This document shows, piece by piece, positions 25,571 to 38,989 of a DNA stretch of 64,000 bases. Under the pieces are notes generated by a model. The model saw nothing but the letters and a program-made list of their open reading frames with translations, ran no database searches and was not told the DNA's origin. A program made the position numbers and the translations under genes. The number at the start of each line of letters is the position of its first letter. The stretch's first letter is position 1. The stretch comes from Octopus sinensis (taxonomy: Eukaryota): positions 80,104,001-80,168,000 of the forward strand of contig NC_043005.1 of assembly GCF_006345805.1 (NCBI RefSeq). Reading direction: 5' to 3'.

Positions 25571-26175
25571 GCCCTGATGCAGTACCATATCCTGATGTAG
25601 CACCATGCCCTGATGCAGTACCCTGCCCTGATGCAGTACCAGTCAGTGGCTCTCGTGGGTTCTGATCTTAACTGATTGGAAGTGTTATGTACTTTGTTTT
25701 GTCTTGGTATAAAAGAGGGACTACAGCAAATATTCTGCTGAATATCACAGATTTGCTTGCCAGTTGTTTGAACTTAACCAGTTGAGCATGTCCCTTAGTG
25801 GCTGACGATATGTGCATCTCTGATCACGAGCAGAATTAGTGGGGGGAGCATCATAGCCATGTGTTGAGAGGGATTCTTTGGAGTTTGAATAATTCACCTT
25901 TGGAAACAAGGGTGTTTCATTCAACATCCTTAAACAACCCTTATTCAGGGACCTTTTGAGCGGGATGGGTTACTCAACCAGAAGTAAATTCCAACTGGGC
26001 CCCACCTGCAAGGTCATGTGCTGTTTATCTTGAAATGAGATCACCATGTCACGCACATATCGCTGTGATGCATGTGTCTAGTGTATCTTTATCAGGCAGG
26101 CAGTCATGATGGGTATACTGGGCTTCGTATATTTTACCCCAGTTTCACTTTGATAGCAAGCACTGCTCTCTCACT
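25571..26175 (+). mobile_element. ~550-bp AAT-flanked element with its first 18 bp repeated four times
   Basis: gccctgatgcagtacca(t/g) x4 at 25571-25642. Body homologous to 6920-7452. (AAT)n at 26180-26275. Confidence 0.8.
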
Positions 26176-26182
26176 CGATAAT

Positions 26183-26237
<55 letters not shown>

Positions 26238-26243
26238 GTAACC

Positions 26244-26276
<33 letters not shown>

Positions 26277-26440
26277 GCAACTGAGCAATTTTTAAGCTGG
26301 CCATAACTAGGAAGTAAAAAGAATAGTTAATTAAACGATAAGAACTAAAGTAAATCTTGTTGGTCGTATTGAGTTCCCGTAGAAGGCATTTAAGAGAATC
26401 ACCAGCTGTAACTGCGTGTGTGGTTATATATATATGTAGG

Positions 26441-26502
<62 letters not shown>

Positions 26503-26571
26503 AGTAGGTATATATATATATATATATATGTAGGCATATAGATATATGTATCTATGGAGGTATATACTCTT

Positions 26572-26910
26572 TTACTTGTTTCACCGCCTTTAGTCGAGCA
26601 AAGCGACCCCGGGACTTATTCTTTGTAAGCCCAGTACTTATTCTATCGGTCTCTTTTTGCCGTACCGGTAAGTGACGGGGACGTAAACACACCAGCATCG
26701 GTTGTCAAGCAATGCCAGGGTGACAAACACAGACACACAAACACACACACACACACATATATATATATACACATATATACGACAGGCTTCTTTCAGTTTC
26801 AGTCTACCAAATCCACTCACAAGGCATTGGTCAGCCGGGGCTATAGCAGAAGACAACCCGCAACCATGTGGTTGGTTAGCAAGCTACTTACCACACCGCC
26901 ACTCCTGCGC
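26572..26910 (-). mobile_element. SINE family 2
   Basis: Reverse complement of the family consensus. Confidence 0.85.
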
Positions 26911-26970
26911 CTATATATATTATATATATATATATTATATATATATATATATTATATATATAAATACGCC

Positions 26971-27001
<31 letters not shown>

Positions 27002-27003
27002 CG

Positions 27004-27046
<43 letters not shown>

Positions 27047-27347
27047 GTAAGTAGGAAGGTATATATATATATATGTATAGTGTTACAAATGCATTCGGCT
27101 ATGAAGACAATCTTTTGTACTATTTAGTAAGTTAAACAAATGATATATGTTTATGGCGGTGTTGTCGCTGTCATCTTGGTATTGTGACACGTGGTAATTT
27201 ATTTATTAAATAAACACATTCACACGCGAACACACACAGCACACACGGCAAACTTTAAGGTTATGGAAATACTCTAATCAAAATCAATATAAACAATAGT
27301 GTGAAAGTTGCAATAATGCTTACGAACTATATAGCAAATATTGATTT

Positions 27348-27447
27348 NNNNNNNNNNNNNNNNNNNNNNNNNNNNNNNNNNNNNNNNNNNNNNNNNNNNN
27401 NNNNNNNNNNNNNNNNNNNNNNNNNNNNNNNNNNNNNNNNNNNNNNN
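27348..27447. other. Assembly gap (100 N)
   Basis: Exactly 100 N, a fixed-size scaffold placeholder. Confidence 0.99.
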
Positions 27448-27508
27448 CGACAAATTTAGTGAACCTAAATTATTGGTTTTATGCTTTCAACTGAGTAAAT
27501 TTAAACAG

Positions 27509-27561
27509 GTGTGAAGTGAAATTATTAGTCCTTAGTCGTTGTACTCCAGCTGAGGCTGATG
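27509..27561 (+). CDS. Candidate 53-nt internal exon (CEVKLLVLSRCTPAEAD)
   Basis: Acceptor 'tttaaacag|', donor 'gatg|gtgagt', one open frame. No homology recognised. Confidence 0.2.
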
Positions 27562-27729
27562 GTGAGTCTTGATAGGTTTAATTGAATAAATAGTCCTCAG
27601 TATTTGGTTTTGTTTTAAAATTTGGATTTATGTTATTTTATCGGACTCTTTAACCGAACTGCTAGGTGTCAGGGATATAAATAAATCGAAACCGGTTAGC
27701 AAGCGGTGGTGTAAGATAAATTGAACACT

Positions 27730-27770
<41 letters not shown>

Positions 27771-27878
27771 CACAGACACACACACTCTCACACACAAACA
27801 CACACATATACACATAGATGTATATTTATGCGTGTATGTATGTATGTATATATATATATATACATACTTACATACATC

Positions 27879-27926
<48 letters not shown>

Positions 27927-27929
27927 CAT

Positions 27930-27962
<33 letters not shown>

Positions 27963-28743
27963 CACTCATATATAAATATGCACACGCGCACACACACGCT
28001 AACATCTGTCTATCTCTCTCTCTATCTATCTATCTATCAATCTATCTATCTATCTATGTATTCCCGTCAATCAAGTTCGCTCACCCACAGGACTTGACCG
28101 GACCAAATCTTTAGTAGAAGACCTCTGTTCAAGCTGTTGCAAACTGGGACTGAACCCATGACCATAAGGCCGAGAGAAACAACCTTCTTAACCATACACC
28201 CACCGAACAAATAAAACAGATTGGCCTATATTTCACAAAACCGTCATGTCTCATCGCAGGCCACAATTATATCGATGAATTTATCCTGCAATAATCCATT
28301 GAGTCTCTGAAGAATATGCTTGGGATTTATGTGATCAAATCCTGGCGAAATGAAAGCTAAAGATAAGCCCTGTAGGATTTCGTCCCGAGGCAGATGGAGA
28401 AAATATTTAATCTGACTGTCTACGCTTTCATGGAAGGAAATTTAGCCATTGTTAAATGGTTAAGCATTCAACTGTATCTACCACCACGAATCCCTAAGTA
28501 TATAATTACGGAATAGCTGATACACAGACACACAGAATCATACACACACACATGCATACATGCAAACATACATACACATACATTCACATATACACACACG
28601 CACACACACACATATATGTATGTGTATATATTTGCATATATATATATATATACATATACACAAACACCTTACATTACATACAGCTACATTTGTGTGCTTA
28701 CAAACTCGTATACATGTATATACATACACATATACATACATAC

Positions 28744-28884
28744 GCAGGAGTGGCTGTGTGGTAAGGTAGCTTGCTTACCAACCACCTGGCACCTTGGGCA
28801 AGTGTCTTCTACTATAGCTTCTACTACAAAGCCTTATGAGTAGATATGGTAGAAGTAAATTGAAAGAAGCCCGTTGTGTATATG

Positions 28885-28915
<31 letters not shown>

Positions 28916-29145
28916 TTGTGTGTGTGTGTATGTATGTGTGCGTATATGTTTGTGTGTCGGTGTTTGTCCCCCCAACATCGCTTGACAACCGATGCTGGAG
29001 TGTTTACGTCCCCGTAACTTAGCGGTTCGGCAAAAAAGACCTGATAGCATACGTACTAGGCTTCCAAAGAATAAGACCTGGGGTCGATTTGCTCGACTAA
29101 AGGCAGTGCTCAGTCAAATGACTGAAACAAGTAAAAGGGTAAAAG
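28744..29145 (+). mobile_element. SINE family 2, near full length
   Basis: Head, 'gggcaagtgtcttctactatagc' body, TG repeat, and tail 'caaatgactgaaacaagtaaaag'. Confidence 0.88.
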
Positions 29146-29175
29146 AGTATACATCCATCCATACATACATAAAGT

Positions 29176-29475
29176 GAAGGCGCGTAGCTTTAGTCGCCAG
29201 GCTATTCCACTTACGATTGCAATGACGCGAGTTCGATTCCAGGCGATGCCTTATCTCCTTCAGTAAGACATTTTATTTCACGTTGCTCCTGTCCTCTCAG
29301 ATGGCAAAAATGAATTGTAGCTGTAATTCAAAGGGGACAGCCTTGTCACATTCTGTGTCATGCTGAATCTTCCTGAGAACGACGTTAAGTATACGCGTGT
29401 CTGAGGAGGGCTTCGCCACAGGCACGCTTTTCCGTTGATCGGATTAACTGGAATCTGCGTTGTCCTAACGGTGGG
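29176..29475 (+). mobile_element. SINE family 1
   Basis: 'gaaggcgcgtagctttagt...gttcgattcc...aagacattttatttcacgttgctcc'. Confidence 0.8.
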
Positions 29476-29588
29476 AGTACCAGTTATATTCATAAAACAC
29501 ACACACACACACATACACACAAACACACAGACGCACACATACAGAGAAAGAGAAAGAAAACTGAAAATATTCAGTCTTTGTGTCAGTG

Positions 29589-29719
<131 letters not shown>

Positions 29720-29734
29720 TATAAAATAAATACA

Positions 29735-29960
29735 AAACGGTACAAGAACGCAAAAATCCGGACAACTAGGTGATACAAAAAGGGACAACAAAACATCCAG
29801 ATACACGATACAAAAAAAATACAAAAAACAGACGGGTCATTCGAAGCCTTTTATCTTCAGTCAAGAACCGGATCATCGTCGTAATTTCGGCTGATTAATC
29901 CTGAGATTGCTCCAATCTGACCGGCCCCAAGGAAAAACTAAGCAATATATTCCTTGAAAA
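29735..29960 (-). mobile_element. Structured non-autonomous repeat (second copy at 50945-51125)
   Basis: Shared 'attcgaagcctt..atcttcag.caagaaccggatcatc..cg.aatttcggctgatt...ctccaatctg.cc..cccaaggaaaaactaagc'. Confidence 0.7.
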
Positions 29961-30469
29961 AAGCATCGAATGTATATGAAACAAGGACGGAAAACCAAGC
30001 GATGTGACACGAAGAATAATACAAAAATACAATAAAAAACAATAATAATAATAATAACAGGACATAACAGCTGGCGTCTTTCGACTGGGGACGAATTGAA
30101 TTCAGCTGGCGTGTGTGGAAATGAAGTCTTACGGCAGAGGGAAGAATATCGGTGCGGTAGTGACTGTGGTCAAACGCAAAAGGGCTAGCAGTCGGCCAAC
30201 AGTCACGATACATATATATACACGGATGCACACATTCATACACGCGCTCGCACAGACATATATACACACACAAATTATTTATGTAAACGCGTATATATAT
30301 ATATATATATATATAGGTTGATAGACAAATTGATACATACATAGATATACGTCTGCGTATGATTATAGGCATACACGTAGACACGCATTTGTTTTGCGTT
30401 TCTATGCGTATATATTAATGCTTCTGTGTATAAATAAGCATATACATATATGCACACACATACACATTC

Positions 30470-30706
30470 AATTATATATTTATTTCTTTATTGCCCTCAG
30501 GGGATTAAATATAGAGGGGACAAACAAGGGCAGGCAAAGGGATTAAGTCAATTACATATACCCCATTGCGTAACTGGTGCTTATTTAATCGACCCTGAAA
30601 GGATAAAAGGCAAAGACGACGTTGCCAAATTTGAACTCAGAACATAAAGACAGATGAAATAGCGGTAAGCATTTCGTCCGGCTTGCTGACGTTTCTGCCA
30701 GCTCGT

Positions 30707-30712
<6 letters not shown>
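30470..30712 (-). mobile_element. tRNA-derived SINE family 3 (Nin-domain-like)
   Basis: Reverse complement: 'gagctggcagaaacgtcagc...ctgagttcaaatt...tttgccttttatcctttcagggtcgattaaataagcaccag'. Confidence 0.8.
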
Positions 30713-30764
<52 letters not shown>

Positions 30765-30773
30765 CTCTCATCC

Positions 30774-30825
<52 letters not shown>

Positions 30826-30975
30826 TATTTATATATATATATATACCCCACATTATTTATGGTTAATACCATATAGATTTCTGGTGCATCTAAGTTAAGT
30901 ACCGCATTCATGTGAATTCATTGGAACTCACTTGAATCTTAATTGTTTTTATTGAGAATATATTATATATATAGA

Positions 30976-31006
<31 letters not shown>

Positions 31007-32142
31007 GTATATATGTATATATGTTATAATATATAATGTATGTATGTATGTATGTATATATATATAGATAGATAGATGTACGTGTGAGTGTGATTATATA
31101 CATACATATACACACGTAATTTGTTTTGCGTGTATCTGTGTATATATTAATGCTTGCATGTATAAATAAGCATATACATACATGCACACATACACCACAC
31201 ACACATTCAATTATATATTTGAATATAAATACATTCATTCCCTTTATTGTTATGATTATTATTTCTTTTTTTGTTTTCCTTGTGTTGTGTTGTTATTAAT
31301 ACAATCTCCCTCTATATATACATAAATTCATGAATGATTAAAAGTATATATTTCCAATTTTATATAAGTCGATATATTTTACTGGATTTTAACTGTCTTT
31401 ATTGTGTCAATTAAACCATTAACTGCAGGTAATGCTTAATCTCTCTGTAAACATAAAAATATCCTTTAAAAATTTTCCTCTGCTTTTATTTAAGTTCACA
31501 AAATCAAAACATTACCATAAAGTATTGACGTGAATTCAAAATTATTTTCTGTTTTCTTTGTGTTTGTGTGTTGTGTTCTCACTACTTTTTGTAGTCATTC
31601 TTTGCAGCTTAGCTTTTACATCTATTCTGCGCATGTATAAATGAAAATTTAAAATTTCCAATAAATGAAACACTTATTATTACTAAATAAACTCTTCTTA
31701 TTTTCACTTTCATATTCACAGATCTTAAAGTGAAAAGTGTTATTCTTTTATTTATTTCCAATAAAACTTGACAAAATATAGGAAAATTTCTGGAATGATA
31801 TTTAAACATTATTCACATATAATGGATAGTTTGCAACCTCTTAGAATTGAAATATCGTATTAACTTATATACACTAAAAATTTCAATACCTATTTTCTTT
31901 TAACTCATTACATCGTCTTTAAAGGTTCTTTGAAAACTGGAAATGTTTTAGGAATTACTTAATAATCCCTTAGCTTAGTCGCTATAGTCTTGGAGGTCTG
32001 TTGTAATTGTCAGTGGTTCGCGTCGTCTCAGAGTCGCTGAATTTAGCTTTACAGAGAAATGTTTTGGGGATTTCTCGTGAATCCTTCGTCTGGTCGCTAA
32101 GACTTAGAGCTATCGTCTAAAGTGCGAATGGTCACAAAAGCG

Positions 32143-32194
<52 letters not shown>

Positions 32195-32445
32195 CAGACA
32201 GATATACGTGTGAGTATGATTATATACATACATGTACACACACATTTGTTTTGCATGTCTCTGTGTATATATTAATGCTTGCATGTATAAATAAGCATAT
32301 ACTGAGAATTACGTGAGAAACCTTTGGCGATCGTCTAAACTATCAACGGTTCATGTCGCCTCGGACGCGTTGAATGTAGCTTTAAAAAAATGTTTCGGGA
32401 ATTTCTTGAGAAATATTGGTCTCATCGCTAAAATGTTGCTCGTAG

Positions 32446-32762
32446 TGAAGGCGTGTGGCTTAGTAGTTAGGTATATTCGTCTCATAATCATAAGGTCATA
32501 AGTTCGATTCCTGGCCACGCGATGTGTCTTTGAGCAAGACATTTTTTTTCCCGTTGCTCCAGTTCACTCAGCTGGCAAAAATGAGTCGTACCTGTAATTC
32601 AAACAACCATCTTTGTCTCACTCTGTATCACGCTGAATCTTGTTTAGAACTACGTAAAGGGTACGCGTATCTGTGGAGTACTCAGCCGCTTGCACAATAA
32701 TTTGACGAGTAGGCTCTTCCGTTGATCGGATCAACTAGAACCCAAGTCGTCGTTACCGGCAG
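32446..32762 (+). mobile_element. SINE family 1
   Basis: tRNA-like A/B boxes, then 'gtgtctttgagcaagaca'. Confidence 0.82.
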
Positions 32763-32939
32763 AACAACAATTTTAGGCTTTCATCCAAATAGTGAACGGT
32801 TTCTGTAGTCTGAAAGCTCAGAGGTGCTGAGTGTAGCTTTGCAGAGAAATTTTTTCGGATTTCCATGAGAAAGCCTTCATCTAGTTATGATGTCAGGTTG
32901 CTATTTACTATAGCAATGTAAAGTGTATGAGCAACATAC

Positions 32940-33172
32940 CTATTTCTTTATTACCCACAAGGGGCTAAACATAGAAGGGACAAACAAGAACAGACATAGG
33001 TATTAAGTCAATTACATCGACCCAGGTGTGTAACTGGTACTTAATTTATCGACCCCGAAAGGATGAAAGGCAAAGTCGACCTCGGCGGAATTTGAACTCA
33101 CAACGTAAAAGCAGACGAAATACCGCTATGCATTTCGCCCGGCGTGCTACCGTTTCTGCCAGCTCACCGCCC
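32940..33172 (-). mobile_element. SINE family 3
   Basis: Reverse complement of the family consensus. Confidence 0.85.
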
Positions 33173-33440
33173 TATGAGCAACATACCGCGTTCCTTAAAG
33201 AGCCGATTACAGTTCAATGAACTATGATATAGATGAGAGTGGACTTAGGATTCTATCAGGTTTCCTTCTTCTGCTTACACAACGAATTTCATTCTTTGTG
33301 AAAAGTGACAAATGCATCATCCGAATATTGTATTTCACTCATAAGAGTTCCAATAAATAAAGAGAACAAACGGTGCACTAGTATGGCCGAAGTCAAATGA
33401 CTGAAGCAAGTAAAAAAATAAAAGAACATATATATGTATG

Positions 33441-33497
<57 letters not shown>

Positions 33498-33783
33498 TAC
33501 AGTTGAAGGCGGAAACACACGCCGGCAACTCTTCCGTTATCAAGACATCGAAAAAATGATATGAAAAAAGGGAAATTACTGCGTGATTGACCACTATTAT
33601 GACAAAAGTGCTATTAGAATGACCGATAGGTAAGGGTAGATGTCGGCCAGGGTCCCCCCCCCCCGTCATTCGAAACTCGGAGTTTTATCATGGCTACCGA
33701 ATAATTTCCCCATATATTTACAGATAAATTCCTCTATTTACATAATATCGAGACCTCTTTCATTCTTTTTTTGTCTTGCCATT

Positions 33784-33865
<82 letters not shown>

Positions 33866-33912
33866 ATCTATCTATCTATCTATCTTTATATATATATATA
33901 TGTATATATATA

Positions 33913-33954
<42 letters not shown>

Positions 33955-34084
33955 TATATATATAATATAATATATAATATATATATATATATATAGTTAA
34001 TCCAAACACAAAAAACACAGCAACGCGAGGACGTGGAACAAATAAAGTATTATTGGACGCTCAGGAAAGAAGGGAAGAATGGGG

Positions 34085-34119
34085 ATTTAACGTTTCGAGC
34101 GGAGCTCTTCGTCGGAAAC
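34085..34119 (-). ncRNA. Minimal hammerhead-ribozyme-like motif (core variant CCGACGA)
   Basis: Minus: gttt-CCGACGA-A-gagc-tcc-gctc-GAAAC-GTT-aaat. It lies inside a Penelope-type repeat (~34005-34200). Confidence 0.55.
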
Positions 34120-34226
34120 AAAGGAGAAAGAAAGATCCCGAGAAGGGAAGACAGAGGAAAAAAATTGCTGGCTGTGCTCACGAGGTCACATGTTGAAAGA
34201 ACGGAAGTTATATATATAATATGAAT

Positions 34227-34281
<55 letters not shown>

Positions 34282-34447
34282 ATATATATACTCCAATAAT
34301 TTTATATCTTATATGCAAAGCATAATGTGTTATACATGTATATATACTCTCGCAATTATCAGTTAGTAAGCAAATAAATAAGTTAACATAATATAATGTC
34401 TAAAAGTTGATGAACTACACTATTTGATCCCCTACATTTTCTTATTG

Positions 34448-34548
<101 letters not shown>

Positions 34549-34553
34549 CAGAC

Positions 34554-34630
<77 letters not shown>

Positions 34631-34661
34631 TATTGTTATTCTTTTGATCTATTTCTTTCAG

Positions 34662-35030
34662 AAGGCGGCGAGCTGGCAGAAACGTTAGCACGCCGGGCGA
34701 AATGCGTAGCCATATTTCGTCTGCCGTTACGCTTTCATCCTTCCGGGGTCGATAAATTAAGTACCAGTTACGCACTGGGGTCGATATAATCAACTCAATC
34801 CGTTTGTCTGTCCTTGTTTGTCCTCTCTCTGTTCAGCCTCTTGTGGGTAGTAAAGAAATAGGTATTTCGTCTGTCTTTACGTGTTTGTGTTCAAATTCCT
34901 CCGAGGTCGGCTTTGCCTTTTATCCATTCGGATTCAATGAATTAAGTACCAATTTTCGTACTGAGATCGATCAAATAGACTAACCTCCTAACCTAAAATT
35001 TCGGGCATTGTGCCTAGAGTAGAAATGAAC
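34662..35030 (+). mobile_element. Two adjacent SINE family 3 copies
   Basis: 'aggcggcgagctggcagaaacgttagcacgccgggcgaaat...' followed by a head-truncated second copy from ~34860. Confidence 0.82.
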
Positions 35031-35554
35031 TTATTTCTTTCAGTCTTTGGACAGCGGCCATGATGCACACAGCTTTGAGGAGTGTGACATCAGGACTACT
35101 TAAGTCGGGTTTTATTCAATCGCTTATGTTCGGGGTCTCACACACACACATGGATATATATGTAACCACACAATCTCTGCCTACGATATCTTCCCAGGAG
35201 GAATTAGTGGTCCACAGGCTAAAATTAGAAGACTCTTGGTGCAGGATACAACACAGTGGTACTAAATCTATAGCCAAATACTAAAAAAACCTCTTTATCC
35301 ATGCATCCATGCCTCCATCTTTTGCCTGTGCTTGTATGTATGCGTGTATATATGTGTGTGTGTGCGTATATATATATGTGTGTGTGAGAGAGTGTGTAAA
35401 TACCTATGTAAATATGTATCTACGCGAATATATGTTTGTATATATATATTCGTAACATGAATGTATATATATTATATGTTTTTGTATATCATTTATCCAT
35501 TGTATCTATTATATGTGTGTGTGTATGCGTTTATTCATTCTATCTATCTATCTA

Positions 35555-35659
<105 letters not shown>

Positions 35660-36603
35660 TATATATATATGTATATACCCACTCACACACGCAGATAGAT
35701 GCATAGATAGATAGACAGATACAATGGATAAATGCATATACAAAAGTATACATATACGTATATACATATCTATCTATTTATCTAGCTAATATGTGTGTGA
35801 GTGTGTGTGTGCGCGCACGCGTATGTATACATGTGTGTGCATGTTTGCGTATGAAATACTAGGTCTTTTTCTAGCTGATACAGTTAACAAAAAGAAAAAA
35901 TGGCGAACGGGAAGGCAGAGGATGTCAATGCCGTAAATATGGGGCGGTAATAAATGCAAACAGTTATGTATTTTCTGTTCAGCCGACACTAGCACATATG
36001 TATGAGATCTTTACAACTAAACCGCGATATATTAATGCACATTAGCAACACGAAAGTTTTGATATTTATTCGTCGACCCGATAACATGCCTCATCAACCT
36101 TTTCATAGCTATTGAAATTCGCCCTTCGTGTTACGCCCATCGCGAGCCGAGAAAACAGACAAACCGTTTGTACCCGCTTTTCTACCTATTCATAATCTTG
36201 TTGTAGGGGGTTGAGTCTATAAAGAATGTAATATAAAGTTATACTGGTTGCATGAATACAATTCTTTGTCACAGCAAAGTTCAGAATGTGAACTATCAAT
36301 GCTAATCATTCGTCTGTTTGTTTGGTCGGATACTTTTTTTCCCTTTTGTATTTTCAACGTTCGCTTAACCTCTCTGTAGCTATTTTTATACGCTTTATAT
36401 CCTCACCTACTTACAGACCCAACACTGCCTAAGAGTGTTTGTTATTGTCTATAGTGACGATATTGCTACAGTAAATCATTTAGTACATTGCACATATATA
36501 CTGCCTGGTCTTTTATCGGTTTGCTTTGTTTTATTTTATCTATTTTATTTATTTTATTTTGGGTATTTTCATTTGTTTTGTTTTCCTTTATATCAAACTT
36601 AGT

Positions 36604-36908
36604 GAAGGCGCGTGGCTTAGTGGTTAGGGCATTCGGCTTACGATTGTAAGGTCGTGAGTTCAATTCCCGGCGACGCGCTGTGTCCTTGAGCAAGACACTT
36701 TATTTCACGTTGCTCAAGTCCACTCAGCTGGCAAAAATGAGTAGTCCCTGTATTTCACAGGGCCGGCCTTGTCAGATTCTGTCTCACGCTGAATCTCATT
36801 GGTAGACGTGTCTGTCGATTGCTCAGTCACTTGCACGTTAATTTCAAGAGTAAGCTGTTCCGTTGATCGTATCATCTGGGACCCTCATCGTCGTAACCGA
36901 TGGAGTGC
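36604..36908 (+). mobile_element. SINE family 1, well preserved
   Basis: 'gaaggcgcgtggcttagtggttaggg...gagttcaattcccgg...gtgtccttgagcaagacactttatttcacgttgctc'. Confidence 0.88.
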
Positions 36909-36936
36909 TCCTTATCAAACTTATGAATAATAGACG

Positions 36937-37075
36937 TAGGAGTGGTTGTGTGGTAAGTAGCTTGGTACTGGGTTCAGTCCAACTGCATAGTATCTTCAGC
37001 AAGTGTCTTCTATAGTCTCGGGCTGACCAAACACTTGTGAGTGAATTTGGTAGGAAACTGAAACTGTAAAAGAAT

Positions 37076-37121
<46 letters not shown>

Positions 37122-37123
37122 AG

Positions 37124-37154
<31 letters not shown>

Positions 37155-37400
37155 GTGTGTGTTTGTGTGTATGTGTGTGCAAGTGAATGTGTGTGTTTGT
37201 GTGTCTGTGTTCGTCCCACCAACATCATTTTACAACCTCTGTTGGTGTGTTTACGTCCGCATAACTTAGCGGTTCGGAGAGGGACCGATAGAATAAGTAC
37301 TAGGCTTACAAAGAATAAGTCTCGGGGTCGATTTGCTCGACTAAAGGTTGTGCTCCAGCATGGCCGCTGTCAATTGACTGAAACAAGTAAAAGAATAAAA
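36937..37400 (+). mobile_element. SINE family 2
   Basis: Family consensus with internal TA/TG repeat. Confidence 0.85.
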
Positions 37401-37496
37401 GAAAAACGAATGCAGAAAAAATCCAAGCAGTGCCCTCTTTTAGAAGACCATTCAATGAATGGGCAAACGCAGTGAAGTCATACACACACAGACACA

Positions 37497-38215
37497 TCTA
37501 TATATATAAAACTCAACTTGTGTGTCTGTGCGTGTAGCTGTGTGTGTGTCTGTGTGATAAACTTCCCGGCACATCTCCTCCTAACCAACAAATCGTAGAA
37601 CTACCAAAAATGGTTCACTTAAAGTTTAGGCGAATGAAAATTGAACTGCACTATTTCTGTTCCAAAATTCATCTCGCAAGTGCAAAAATCGATAATGTGT
37701 TTGTTTAGGCCTTATCCCATGCATTGAATAGTGAACTTTACTCAGTCAGCTGTTTGACGTGAACTGTGTTCACCTCGCGTGCAAGCATGCGTAAATTGCA
37801 TGAAAAATTTAAAAAATCAAGATATAAAAACAAATCGCCGTAAATATTGTAGAAATTCGGCAAAGAAATGAATTTTCGGGATGTAGCCTAGAGGGTTTTT
37901 TCGTATTAATCGTTTGGACTTTGTGAACACATACCAATTGTTTTCATAGCATTTTTAACGCTTTGAATTAAATGTGACCATTTTGCGTTGAGTCTGCAGT
38001 TTGAATCACTTTAATCAAATTTTAGCAGGCCGGATTTTTGATCATCACGATACATCGCCAGCGACTCCCTGAAGCTCTCCCCTGAAATCCCCGTTGAGAA
38101 ATCTCTATATATAAACTCAACTTGTGTGTCTGTGGTGTTCTGTGTGTGTTCTGTGTGTTTAACTTTTGGATCTACCAAGTTTCATTATTAGGATGGAAAG
38201 TAGTGTGTAGCAATA
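37497..38215 (+). mobile_element. Helitron-type 5' portions (heads at 37497 and ~38104) with no 3' end of their own
   Basis: Both start a|TCTATATATA(T)AAA(A)CTCAACTTGTGTGTCTGTG. Confidence 0.6.
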
Positions 38216-38598
38216 TCTATATATAAAGCTGAAGTTGTCTGTGTGTGGCAGGTTTGGTAGCCTTCAACTAACACTATCCTCGCCGAGACCCTGCAGCGCA
38301 AGTTGACCAAAATTGAGAGTATGATAGAAGTCTTGCTCTTCATTCTGTAGGAGATAAAATTCAAATCGGACCATGTTAACACCAAAAATTATTTACATCA
38401 AAAAGGTGCTTTTTTTCTATGAAAATCCTTATTTTTTACGATTTTTAACTGCTGTGTCACCATTTTTCGGTGTATTTCAACTGGGAAAATGTTCACTTGA
38501 AGAGAATAACAAGTTGCATAATGCAAAAGTTTTAGTTTTCAAAAATTCCAATTCTAAAGGGTCGAAACAAACCCAGCAACAACGGGTGATACTGCTAG
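38216..38598 (+). mobile_element. Complete non-autonomous Helitron
   Basis: 5' a|TCTATATATAAAG; subterminal hairpin ACCC-agcaacaac-GGGT (38571-38587); 3' CTAG|t; inserted between A and T with no TSD. Confidence 0.85.
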
Positions 38599-38614
38599 TG
38601 TAAGATATTATGGT

Positions 38615-38795
38615 TTCAAATTTTGGCACAAGGCCAGCACCTTCAGGGGAGGGGGAAAGTCGATTACATCGACCGCAGTACTTAGGTGGCATTTATTTAA
38701 CAACCTCGAAAGGATGAAAGGCAGAGTCGACCTCGACCACATTTGAACTCAGAACGCAAAGACAGACAAAACGCCGCTAAGCATTTTTTCCGGTG
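38615..38795 (-). mobile_element. SINE family 3
   Basis: Reverse complement of 'ctgagttcaaat...ggtcgactctgcctttcatcctttcgagg'. Confidence 0.75.
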
Positions 38796-38855
38796 TACAA
38801 ATGTAAAATATAATAACAATAACAACATGGTAAAATGATAAGAACAAGATGTATA

Positions 38856-38942
<87 letters not shown>

Positions 38943-38989
38943 GTGTTCTGTGAATGCGTTTCGTGTGTGTGTCAATTAATATGTAGGAA

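Noticed and set aside
27348-27447. Biological meaning of adjacency across the N run
   Set aside because: It is a fixed-size scaffold gap, so distance and continuity across it are unverified.
36604-36680. tRNA genes at SINE heads
   Set aside because: A/B boxes are present, but there is no full cloverleaf and each continues into a SINE body.
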